A stretch of 32,000 bases of DNA from contig NC_009776.1 of NCBI RefSeq assembly GCF_000017945.1, positions 630,001 through 662,000 on the forward strand. Direction: 5' to 3'. This DNA comes from Ignicoccus hospitalis KIN4/I (GTDB taxonomy: Archaea > Thermoproteota > Thermoprotei_A > Sulfolobales > Ignicoccaceae). The position numbers were made by a program, and so were the translations under genes. This document shows, piece by piece, positions 7,506 to 15,181 of the stretch. The first letter of the stretch is position 1. Each line of letters starts with the position of its first letter. Below the pieces are notes generated by a model, which was given only the letters and a program-made list of their open reading frames with translations, was not told where the DNA came from and searched no databases.

Positions 7506-9028
7506 CGTAGTTCAGCTAACACGCTCCTCGAGTGTGCCCTCTTAACGACAGCCGTTATCCAGCTGCCTACGGGCAAGGGCTTGACTATTTCGACGGTGAG
7601 GGGGTAGCTGGCGGGCTGTCTTGCATAACTAACCCCTTTCTCCACCTTTTCCACGACCAAGTTCCTGAGCACGGTCCCTGGCGGGACCACTTTCTTCAAC
7701 ATCCTCTCTTGCCACTTCATGACGTACTTCCGGAAGCCTTCGTAACCTTTCGAGACGACCACCTTCTTCGTGAGGGAGTAGGCTTGCGTCCCCGGGAGCA
7801 AGCTCAGCTTACGGAGGTTAACCCTCCGCACTAAGAGCCCTTCCTCCTCGATTCTGTCCAACAACGCCTTGTTGTACTCCCAAGTCTCCTTACTTTCCCC
7901 CGGAAGTCCCGCGATGAAGTTTATGCCGGGGAGCAAGTGAGGTAAACCGTTCCAACCCCTATTGCGCCCTACCTTGTTAACTATCCTAATTGCTACTAGT
8001 GCGTCATCTAATAAGACCTTTAGGTTATTTATTTTAACGACCCTAGGGTCAACACTTTCTATTCCCATAGCTGCCACGTCTCCGGGAGTGTGCCACCTCA
8101 CTATCTCCTTCAACGCTAGCTCGCTTTCCTCGGGCCAGCGCGAGATCGTACCGGGGTTGACGTTATCTATATGCAAAGTGATGAGGGAAGGCGCCACGCT
8201 CCTTATTCCTTGGAAGAGCCTCCTCAAGGCGAGCGGGGAGGGCCTGGGCCACTCCTCCGTGCCCAAGTCGGGCGAGCCGTAGACCAGAATGTCGCTCTGC
8301 CTCCCCAGTCGGAAGGACCTAACTCCGAACTTGTAAAGGGCTTCCACCTCTTCCACTATCTTCCTGACGTCGCGTTGTACCGGCCTTCCCTTCAAGGGCG
8401 CCAGACAGAAGCTACACCCTCCCCCGACCGAACGCGCACAGCCAGAGTAGGTCTCCAGCTCGACCGTTAAGTTGCCTACCTTGTAGTTCGGGTGTTGTTT
8501 AACCACCTCGCTACCCCTTATGAGAGCTTTGTCAACTAGAGCGTAATTGTCTATCCAGAGCGCGTCGCTGGCGCTCTCGGGGCCCCATAGGGCTGCCTCG
8601 TAGACCCAGTGGGCCACCCTGCCCCTTATCCGGTAGTCTGCCTCGACCTCGCTGGAGACGCTCCCTCCCGTACCGCCCAGCCCGAAGCTGGCCGCGGGGC
8701 CCGCCAACGCAACGGGCGCCGAGCTCAAGAACTTCAAGCGCTCGAACTCTTGAGGAGACCTCAACGGCTCACCCCCCAAGTACTTGCCCGGCACGAGGGC
8801 GCCGGCGATCACCAGCACCAAGTCGACCTTCTTCGTCAACTCTGCATAGCCGACCCAGTCCTTCCTAACTTCGTCTATTGTGAGGTAGTAGGCTTCGTTG
8901 GAGCTGTCTACTAGCTTTAGTGCCCCGTAGGCCTCCCTGGCGTAAACGTCTAGGTAAGGAGGCACTCCCAAGCCCGCTGGCTCGTCCGTGTAACCGTCAA
9001 CTATCAACATTCTTCTAACTCTTCCCAT
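7502..9028 (-). CDS. radical SAM enzyme with an N-terminal flavodoxin/B12-binding-like domain and a TRAM-like C-terminus (COG1031-like; function unknown)
   Basis: 508 aa. N-terminus MLIVDGYTDEPAGLGVPPY; Cys triad YSGCARSVGGGCSFCLAP (CX7CX2C, codons at about 8405..8440); C-terminal beta-rich segment VLRNLVVEKVEKGVSYARQPASYPLTVEIVKPLPVGSWITAVVKRA resembles a TRAM domain. Confidence 0.7.
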   Translation of the reverse strand: MGRVRRMLIVDGYTDEPAGLGVPPYLDVYAREAYGALKLVDSSNEAYYLTIDEVRKDWVGYAELTKKVDLVLVIAGALVPGKYLGGEPLRSPQEFERLKFLSSAPVALAGPAASFGLGGTGGSVSSEVEADYRIRGRVAHWVYEAALWGPESASDALWIDNYALVDKALIRGSEVVKQHPNYKVGNLTVELETYSGCARSVGGGCSFCLAPLKGRPVQRDVRKIVEEVEALYKFGVRSFRLGRQSDILVYGSPDLGTEEWPRPSPLALRRLFQGIRSVAPSLITLHIDNVNPGTISRWPEESELALKEIVRWHTPGDVAAMGIESVDPRVVKINNLKVLLDDALVAIRIVNKVGRNRGWNGLPHLLPGINFIAGLPGESKETWEYNKALLDRIEEEGLLVRRVNLRKLSLLPGTQAYSLTKKVVVSKGYEGFRKYVMKWQERMLKKVVPPGTVLRNLVVEKVEKGVSYARQPASYPLTVEIVKPLPVGSWITAVVKRAHSRSVLAELR

Positions 9029-9055
9029 TCCACTCTCCCCCGGAGGCTCAACCCT

Positions 9056-9331
9056 TTGGGGGGCAAGCTCGTCAGAGACAAAATCCCGACGGTAGCCCCC
9101 GGGGCTTACGTTAAGTGTGACGGCAGCGAAAGGCTCGAATGGTTGAAGAAAAAGTTAGTAGAGGAAGCGTTGGAATTCTTAATAGAACCCTCGGTAGAAG
9201 AGCTGGCGGACGTATTGGAAGTCGTCAAAGCGTTGATCGACGTTTTTGGGGACGAAGTCTACAAGGTGGCGGAGTCCAAAAGAAAGGAGCTAGGCGGCTT
9301 CGAGGAGTGTTGGATACGCGTTACGCCTTAA
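9056..9331 (+). CDS. MazG-like all-alpha nucleotide pyrophosphohydrolase (small house-cleaning type)
   Basis: 91 aa, TTG start. KLVRDKIP N-terminus and acidic helix pair EEALEFLIEPSVEELADVLEV. Confidence 0.6.
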   Translation: MGGKLVRDKIPTVAPGAYVKCDGSERLEWLKKKLVEEALEFLIEPSVEELADVLEVVKALIDVFGDEVYKVAESKRKELGGFEECWIRVTP

Positions 9332-9368
9332 TTCCTCGTGGACCCAACGCCTCGCGGGGCGCGTAAGA

Positions 9369-9809
9369 TTGGTACAATACGACGTGGACCCCCTCTCTTT
9401 GGGCGTACTCTTAGGAATATATAACGGTGCCAAGACTCCGGAGGAAATAGCGCGCCTTTTGAACGTCGACAAGGACAGCGTGGAGGAGGCCATCAGGGAA
9501 CTGGTCGAGAGGGGCCTCGTAAAGGTAGAGGAAAAGAAAATACTGTTCTTTAAAAACAAAGAGTTGAAACTCACCAGAGAAGGGTACAACACCCTCATGG
9601 CCGCCTTGGAAAGGGTAAAGCCGCAGCTTCAAAAGGCAAGGGAACTGATAGTTCAAGGGAGGGAGGAAGAGGCGTTTGCTCTGCTGGACGCCGCCGGTCT
9701 GGGGTTGTTTGCCTCACTGTTGTTGCCGCTGATGCTGGGAGGTATCTTGGCGTTGCCTTTCCTAGATCATGAGCATCATTCTCATATACACCCCGGCGAG
9801 CCCTTTTGA
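9369..9809 (+). CDS. membrane-anchored winged-helix protein with a His-rich C-terminal tail
   Basis: 146 aa, TTG start. wHTH-like segment (TPEEIARLLNVDKDSVEEAIRELVERGLVKVEEKK), a helical linker, one TM (GLGLFASLLLPLMLGGILALPFL) and the tail DHEHHSHIHPGEPF. Its stop abuts the next start. Confidence 0.5.
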   Translation: MVQYDVDPLSLGVLLGIYNGAKTPEEIARLLNVDKDSVEEAIRELVERGLVKVEEKKILFFKNKELKLTREGYNTLMAALERVKPQLQKARELIVQGREEEAFALLDAAGLGLFASLLLPLMLGGILALPFLDHEHHSHIHPGEPF

Positions 9810-10484
9810 TTGGGAAGAGTAGTGAACGACATAACGTCGCTGGTACTGACGTTGTTGATGTTGCTGGTGACATATACTTACGTCTCAACGATTTCTCCTT
9901 ACTACATCAACAAGACTCTAGACTTCGACTTGAGGAGGCTCTCAACGATCGAGGTGATAAAGTCCGAAAAGGAAGAGTTCTACCTCTTACACGTACAACC
10001 CTTCAACGGCACGGAGAGATGTAAGGTTTTAATTTACTTATCTCCTTTCGAATTTAAAACTTTCAAAAGGAACTTGAACCTCTTGTTTAGGTCGTTAGCC
10101 TCCAGCTCGATCGGGGTGTACGCGGTGGTCCAGAAGGGACCGAGGTGGCCGGAACCCCCCGCTTTAGAGGGTTACGGAGCTGCCTATTGTTGGGGTCCCT
10201 CGTGTCCCCACCCTGACGGTACTAATACGACCATACTCATGGATAACGCGGAAGGGAGCTATCAATTCCTTCTCAACGTGACCTCCCCTTACGGGCCCTT
10301 AAGCGTGCTGTTCGCTAACTACCTACTCAAGGTAGGCACCCTCCACTACGCCCCTCTGAAGAAAGGGATCTGGGTAGGCGACGTAATGATTTCTCCGGAC
10401 TCCTCGTTGGTGCCGCTCTACGCTTACGACCCACAGCGCGCTTTTGAGCTCCTCTACGCCCTTTGTGAAGGAGGCTTAAAGTGA
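9810..10484 (+). CDS. hypothetical N-terminally anchored/secreted protein
   Basis: 224 aa. Single N-terminal hydrophobic segment (ITSLVLTLLMLLVTYTYV), N-x-S/T sequons (NKT, NGT, NTT, NVT). GTGA overlap with the downstream gene. Confidence 0.45.
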   Translation: MGRVVNDITSLVLTLLMLLVTYTYVSTISPYYINKTLDFDLRRLSTIEVIKSEKEEFYLLHVQPFNGTERCKVLIYLSPFEFKTFKRNLNLLFRSLASSSIGVYAVVQKGPRWPEPPALEGYGAAYCWGPSCPHPDGTNTTILMDNAEGSYQFLLNVTSPYGPLSVLFANYLLKVGTLHYAPLKKGIWVGDVMISPDSSLVPLYAYDPQRAFELLYALCEGGLK

Positions 10485-12508
10485 GAGCTAAGGGCTCGCC
10501 GACCTTCGCCGCCCTAGCGGCCCTCGCTATAATAGCCTTCGCGATTTCCGGCAACGCTTGGGACACGTTCGTTTTCATAAAGAGCGCCATCTTGGTGTGT
10601 GAGGGTCAAGACGCTTATTCGTACTCAGAGTGGGTGGGGGCCCGCCTCCCGGGAATAGGTCCCATGTGGATAGCCTATCCCCCTTTACCCATCTTGCTAT
10701 GGCTTCCCCCGGTCTGCGCTTTACGAGCGCTGAACGTACCCTTGTCGTTGCCCTACTTGTGGGCGATTAAGCTACCCAGCGTCTTGGCATTAATAACATC
10801 AGCCCTCGTGGCGGAAAAGGTTCGAAGAGGATCTTGGAAGTACGTAATCTTCAACCCGGTCTCCTTGAGCGCCGTATTTCTGCACGGAATGTTCGACAGC
10901 ATTACAGCCCTCTTCGTATTGCTGAGTATATTACTCGTAATTAGTAACAAGACGGTCGTTGGCGGGTTGAGCTACGGTCTGGCGTTGACGTCCAAACAAC
11001 ACTCCTTGATCTTGCTCCCGAGCCTCGCCTTCTCCTTCTTAAAAAAGAAGGACGTCGTCAGCCTAGGGAAGTTCGTCATCGGCGCGTTCGTGTCCTTCGC
11101 TTCCGTGATCTTACTGTACGGCTTCTTGACGGGCGAGGGAACGTCCTCGCTGAGGGATTTGATCGCAGTTACCGTGTTCCACGCGAACAGGCCCCCCAAC
11201 GCGCTGGGGTTCGGCGGATTTCCGGAGGTATCTCTCTATACAGACGTACTCGGGGGGTACTCCGGGAACCTCGCGAACGCGGTCTTGATGCACGGCAGCG
11301 CCGTAACGCTTCACAGCGTGATAACTCCCGTATCGGCGCTCTACGTCCCAATGCTGCTCGCGGTCTCCTACCTCTTCGAGCTCCCTACGGCTGCGTTCCT
11401 AGCTTACGTAACTTACATACAGCTCACGTACGTGGGGGCGCTGCAGCACTTAGTGGTACCCGCAACGCTGCTTCCAATAGTTTTAAACGACAAGAAGTTC
11501 GTCAAATATTTCACACTCTCGTTCTTACTGTACTCGTTGGCTCACGTCATAGCGTTCTGGGACATATTTCCGATGATCTTCTCGCCATTATTCTTGGCGT
11601 CGTTTGACCTCTGGCTCTCTAAGCTGTCTAGAATAAGCGACGTGGTCCTCCCGGGCTGGGACATGGCCTTCAAGCTGTCGGGTTCGCTATTAACGGTCGC
11701 CGGCCTACTGGTACTGCTGTACGCCACCTTTAGGTTGTTGGAGCTCAAAAGGAGGGCCTTGGGCGTCGCTTTCATTGCGACATACTTAATTGAAATGACT
11801 ATCCTCATCTTGATGTTGAAGTGGTACGCGTCCAGCTCGGAGCTCCCCGCGGCAAAGCTGGGAGAAAGGCTCTGCGCCGTGTACCCTTGGGAAAACGTAG
11901 AGTTCCCTGGCGAGCGACTCGGTGACTACTTGTTTACTAAGTCGGTCCCGCCTAAGGAGGGTTACTTCTCCCTAGTCAAGCCCATAACGGACGAGGTGGC
12001 GGAAAGCGCCGCGAAGGGCGGCTTCAGAGTGCTCGTAATCGCCAGGTTGGACTCCTTAAGGAGTTACGAGGTCAGCGACCTGTTGGCGTCCTTAACGCTC
12101 GGGGGCGTTGAGTGGGCTTGGGGGGTAGTGGTGTCGGACGAAGACAAATATTACATAGACGGAGTCGCAAGCGCGCCTTTGAAGGACGTAGGGAGGTTGG
12201 CAGAGATCATAAGGAGGAACGTGCCCTTGAAGGGGTATTTCGAACTCGGGGGCATCTTGGGCTTCCTCAACCAAACAATAATGAAGATTGAAGTCCATGA
12301 GTACGAGTACCCTACGGTCGACGGGAAACCCATAGTATACGTTATTCCAGAAGACGCGTCCCCCTCCTCCATAAAAGAGGTGGTTAGGGAGCTGTCCGAA
12401 AAGGGACTCGCCCCAGTGGTAGTAACGAACGTTGAGTTCGCTAACGTTAAGAGCGATAAGCGCTGTATGGTTAATCTGTTCAGAGTCTCGGAGCTATCCA
12501 CATCCTGA
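10481..12508 (+). CDS. large polytopic membrane protein with a C-terminal soluble domain (GT-C-like glycosyltransferase candidate)
   Basis: 675 aa. More than 10 hydrophobic helices across aa 1-450, then a soluble domain of about 220 aa. The topology resembles GT-C/DUF2029-type enzymes, but I recognise no diagnostic motif with certainty. Confidence 0.55.
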   Translation: MRAKGSPTFAALAALAIIAFAISGNAWDTFVFIKSAILVCEGQDAYSYSEWVGARLPGIGPMWIAYPPLPILLWLPPVCALRALNVPLSLPYLWAIKLPSVLALITSALVAEKVRRGSWKYVIFNPVSLSAVFLHGMFDSITALFVLLSILLVISNKTVVGGLSYGLALTSKQHSLILLPSLAFSFLKKKDVVSLGKFVIGAFVSFASVILLYGFLTGEGTSSLRDLIAVTVFHANRPPNALGFGGFPEVSLYTDVLGGYSGNLANAVLMHGSAVTLHSVITPVSALYVPMLLAVSYLFELPTAAFLAYVTYIQLTYVGALQHLVVPATLLPIVLNDKKFVKYFTLSFLLYSLAHVIAFWDIFPMIFSPLFLASFDLWLSKLSRISDVVLPGWDMAFKLSGSLLTVAGLLVLLYATFRLLELKRRALGVAFIATYLIEMTILILMLKWYASSSELPAAKLGERLCAVYPWENVEFPGERLGDYLFTKSVPPKEGYFSLVKPITDEVAESAAKGGFRVLVIARLDSLRSYEVSDLLASLTLGGVEWAWGVVVSDEDKYYIDGVASAPLKDVGRLAEIIRRNVPLKGYFELGGILGFLNQTIMKIEVHEYEYPTVDGKPIVYVIPEDASPSSIKEVVRELSEKGLAPVVVTNVEFANVKSDKRCMVNLFRVSELSTS

Positions 12509-13250
12509 GCTCGGAGCCCGCTTCCATACTCATCTCCAACTTCATAGGCATATCTGTTGCAAACTCTAACGTTAATTCCTTGGCAGCTTGGTAGGCCCTC
12601 GTAGCGTCGTAGAGGTGCTGGACGGAGTACTTTGCCTTGGCCTCCTTCTCTACTACCAAACTAACTAACGGATTGAAGAGCTTCAGCTCGGCCTCGTAGC
12701 TCTTGTTGGCCTCGAATGAAACGAATGTCAGAGTCTCGTTGTCTGGGGTAGAAACCTCTACCTCGTCAGAAACTATCTTCGCGTCGGCCACAACATGACG
12801 GAGGTCAGCGGGGTCCATCTTCGCCGTAACGGTTAATTGAACTTGAGGTTCGTCTAGGTGTTCCTCCTCCGGGACCTCGAAAGCTTGGATCTTGAACTCC
12901 CTTTCCACGCTAGTCTTCCTGTTCAAGAACTTAACGTGTAGGTAGGGGCTTCCTTTGTAGTACTCTAGTATCACAGCGTCGTCCTTCGTCCCCCTCTTTA
13001 CCACCTTGTTCAACTCGTCGCTATCTATCTTGACCACCACGTTTTCTTCATTGACTTGGTACTCCTCGAAAGACGTAGAAGGCATGGTGAATATTACCAT
13101 AGTGTTTTTATCGCTACTCATACTCTTTATGTCTATACCCTCTTGAGTCACGTAGAGGGGCATTGCCTCGAAGAGTTTGGTGAGGGGCTGGAATATCTTC
13201 TTGAATTTGCTGGCTTGGGGGAACATGAGCCTAAAGGTCGGTTCGTCCAT
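12480..13250 (-). CDS. pcn: DNA polymerase sliding clamp PCNA
   Basis: I use the internal ATG at 13250 (MDEPTFRLMFPQASKFKKIFQPLTKLFEAMPLYVTQEGIDIKSMSSDKNTMVIF ...), giving 256 aa, the typical PCNA length and N-terminus. The TATA-like element at 13273..13281 is centred 27 nt upstream. The 91 extra N-terminal codons of track ORF 12480..13523 are antisense to 13314..13700. Confidence 0.9.
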   Translation of the reverse strand: MDEPTFRLMFPQASKFKKIFQPLTKLFEAMPLYVTQEGIDIKSMSSDKNTMVIFTMPSTSFEEYQVNEENVVVKIDSDELNKVVKRGTKDDAVILEYYKGSPYLHVKFLNRKTSVEREFKIQAFEVPEEEHLDEPQVQLTVTAKMDPADLRHVVADAKIVSDEVEVSTPDNETLTFVSFEANKSYEAELKLFNPLVSLVVEKEAKAKYSVQHLYDATRAYQAAKELTLEFATDMPMKLEMSMEAGSELRMWIAPRL

Positions 13251-13272
13251 GGAGTTCCTCCGCCGACGTTTG

Positions 13273-13281
13273 CTATTTAAC
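13273..13281. promoter_or_regulatory. TATA-like element between divergent PCNA and 13314 genes
   Basis: CTATTTAAC (minus-strand GTTAAATAG) is centred about 27 nt from the PCNA ATG (13250) and about 37 nt from GTG 13314. Confidence 0.4.
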
Positions 13282-13313
13282 TTTCTTGAGGTTAACGGGG
13301 GCGGGAGTAAGGC

Positions 13314-13700
13314 GTGAAGACGATAAAGGTCGTGGTAGACGGCGGCAAGTATAAGTGGGTAGAGCTTCCGCGGGAGGAGGCGCTGAAGCTCCTCGAAATA
13401 ATTGAGGGGAAGCTGGGCAAGAGCCCGAGGGACCTCCAGGAGACCATGAGGTACCTCCGCCACTTCGAGGAGTTTTACCGAGACATGCAGAAGAGGTTCA
13501 AGGACTTCATAGCGCCCCCTCACAGCTTAGACGACATGATAAGGGGAATTGTTGTCGTCGATAAGATAGCGTTAAAGAAGGAAGGCAACGAAGAGATTGC
13601 TACAATAGTTTTCGACCGCAGAATTTCTGTGGACTTGCTAAAGGAGGCATTGAAGGAGCTGGGGTACGAGGTAGAAGTGGAGGTAGAGAAGCCGTGGTAG
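13314..13700 (+). CDS. hypothetical charged soluble protein
   Basis: 128 aa, GTG start, with Lys/Glu-rich protein-like composition (KVVVDGGKYKWVELPREEALKLLEIIEGKLGKSPRDL ...). No family recognised. 7-nt overlap with the next ORF. Confidence 0.5.
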   Translation: MKTIKVVVDGGKYKWVELPREEALKLLEIIEGKLGKSPRDLQETMRYLRHFEEFYRDMQKRFKDFIAPPHSLDDMIRGIVVVDKIALKKEGNEEIATIVFDRRISVDLLKEALKELGYEVEVEVEKPW

Positions 13701-13912
13701 AGGCTACCAGGGCGTTCGTCCAGTGTTGGAGGGGGAGCTGCGACGAGGTGGTCTCTAAGCTTAGAGAGAGGTTCCCCGTGAAGGCCGTTCAGAAGTCGAA
13801 GGTCGTGCCGAACTTCGTAATGATAGAGTTCGAAGGTCTAGTGGAGGGGGTTGAAGAGTCCTTAAGGGATTTGGGCATTGAGGACTTCAAGGTCATGCGC
13901 GTAAGGGTCTGA
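13694..13912 (+). CDS. hypothetical small protein
   Basis: 72 aa (…VVPNFVMIEFEGLVEGVEESLRDLGIEDFKVMRVRV) with plausible alpha/beta composition. Its 3' 124 nt are antisense to the tail of the VirB4-like ORF. Confidence 0.4.
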   Translation: MVEATRAFVQCWRGSCDEVVSKLRERFPVKAVQKSKVVPNFVMIEFEGLVEGVEESLRDLGIEDFKVMRVRV

Positions 13913-15177
13913 AAGGGGTCCACTTTAACCCTTACCACTTCTCCGTCGGGCGTCATAATTAGCGCTTCGCCCACTTCCAGCTTCCTCAATTCGAGTAAGT
14001 CTATCTGCAACCCCAGCTCCTTTAATTCTTGCACTTCTAAGTACTTCATGAAAATCTTTGTATGGGCGTTGTTCAAGACACCGCTACCAAAGTCTTTCAA
14101 GGACTGTGTAGCTAGAATTACTCCGACGCCCCTACTCCTCCCCTCCCTCATCATGCTCTCTAAGGTCTCCTCCTCCAACAACCAAGCCTCGTCAATTATT
14201 ACCAACCTCTTCAAACTGTCGCTCAGTTCCTCTTTCAGTATGCTCGACAATATGTCGCTTGCGAAGGCCTCAGTGACTTTCCTCCGCCTCCTCATTTCCT
14301 CCTCCGCGAAGGGCCCGTAAACCTTGTACCCCTCACCGCACATATTTATTAAATCTCCTTTGGGGTCCATGATAGTTATGTTTTCTATACCAACCAGCTT
14401 GGCTCGGGCCGCCAAGGTGCACAGAAGGGTGCTCTTCCCGCTCCCGGTGGAGCCGAGCACTAAGACGTGACGGAGCAAGTCCTCAGCGTCCATCAGGAAG
14501 GCTTCGCCGTCCTCCCGGATGCCTAAATATATAAGAGCCTTCTCGTTATACGTCTTCGCCTTGGGCTGCACCACGTAGAAAGACTTAGAATTCGCTATTA
14601 TCTTCTTACCGTCCTCACCTTTGATAACCCTCAAGAGCTCCGGGCCGCTCAGCCGCCTCACTTCCACGTTGAGTATGCCCTCAACCACACCTTTGAGATA
14701 TTCTATGTCCTTCTCTAATTTTTCCTTAGAATTTGCGCGTATTATGTAATACGTGTTTACCGACGTGGGAGGGTATTTGGACACGGCTTCCAACAAACTT
14801 TCAAAGTACTTTAACTTCTCTTCAGCCTTCACGTTGCTGTTATCCTTACTCAATATTATTCTCAAAGTACTAATTTCGTTCTCTATTTTCTTTAATAACT
14901 TCTTAGAATCCTCGGAACTCCTAATTACTCTTACCTCAAGCTCCGAGCCCTTACAACACTTGGAGAGCGACCTGGCGTAGTCGTAGATCCTCCGGACGTC
15001 GTAGGAGTGCAACGGGTCCACCTTCTCTACCTTGAGGGCGCCTACGTAAGATTCGGAAGGGCCCTCCTCTATAATTAGAACGTCCTTGCCCACGCGATAA
15101 CGTCGCTTCTTCTTAGAGTTCAACTTATTGCACATAATAATTGAAGACAATATTGCAAGCGCTAGCTCCAAGAACAC
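13789..15177 (-). CDS. VirB4/TrbE/CedB-type FtsK-HerA superfamily ATPase with an N-terminal hydrophobic anchor
   Basis: 462 aa. N-terminal hydrophobic segment MFLELALAILSSIIM; Walker A HVLVLGSTGSGKSTLL; Walker B RLVIIDEAWLL; GRSRGVGVILATQSLKDF. The DEAW plus TQS pattern is the VirB4-clade signature and contrasts with the LEEAH HerA signature of the other ATPase in this window. The last about 41 codons (S/T/K-rich) are antisense to ORF 13694..13912. Confidence 0.75.
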   Translation of the reverse strand: MFLELALAILSSIIMCNKLNSKKKRRYRVGKDVLIIEEGPSESYVGALKVEKVDPLHSYDVRRIYDYARSLSKCCKGSELEVRVIRSSEDSKKLLKKIENEISTLRIILSKDNSNVKAEEKLKYFESLLEAVSKYPPTSVNTYYIIRANSKEKLEKDIEYLKGVVEGILNVEVRRLSGPELLRVIKGEDGKKIIANSKSFYVVQPKAKTYNEKALIYLGIREDGEAFLMDAEDLLRHVLVLGSTGSGKSTLLCTLAARAKLVGIENITIMDPKGDLINMCGEGYKVYGPFAEEEMRRRRKVTEAFASDILSSILKEELSDSLKRLVIIDEAWLLEEETLESMMREGRSRGVGVILATQSLKDFGSGVLNNAHTKIFMKYLEVQELKELGLQIDLLELRKLEVGEALIMTPDGEVVRVKVDPFQTLTRMTLKSSMPKSLKDSSTPSTRPSNSIITKFGTTFDF

Positions 15178-15181
15178 GCTG

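Noticed and set aside
13251-13523. A 91-codon N-terminal extension of the PCNA ORF in the track (12480..13523).
   Set aside because: The extension is antisense to the protein-like ORF 13314..13700 and has Leu/Pro/Arg-rich shadow composition. The internal ATG at 13250 gives a canonical 256-aa PCNA with a TATA-like box 27 nt upstream.
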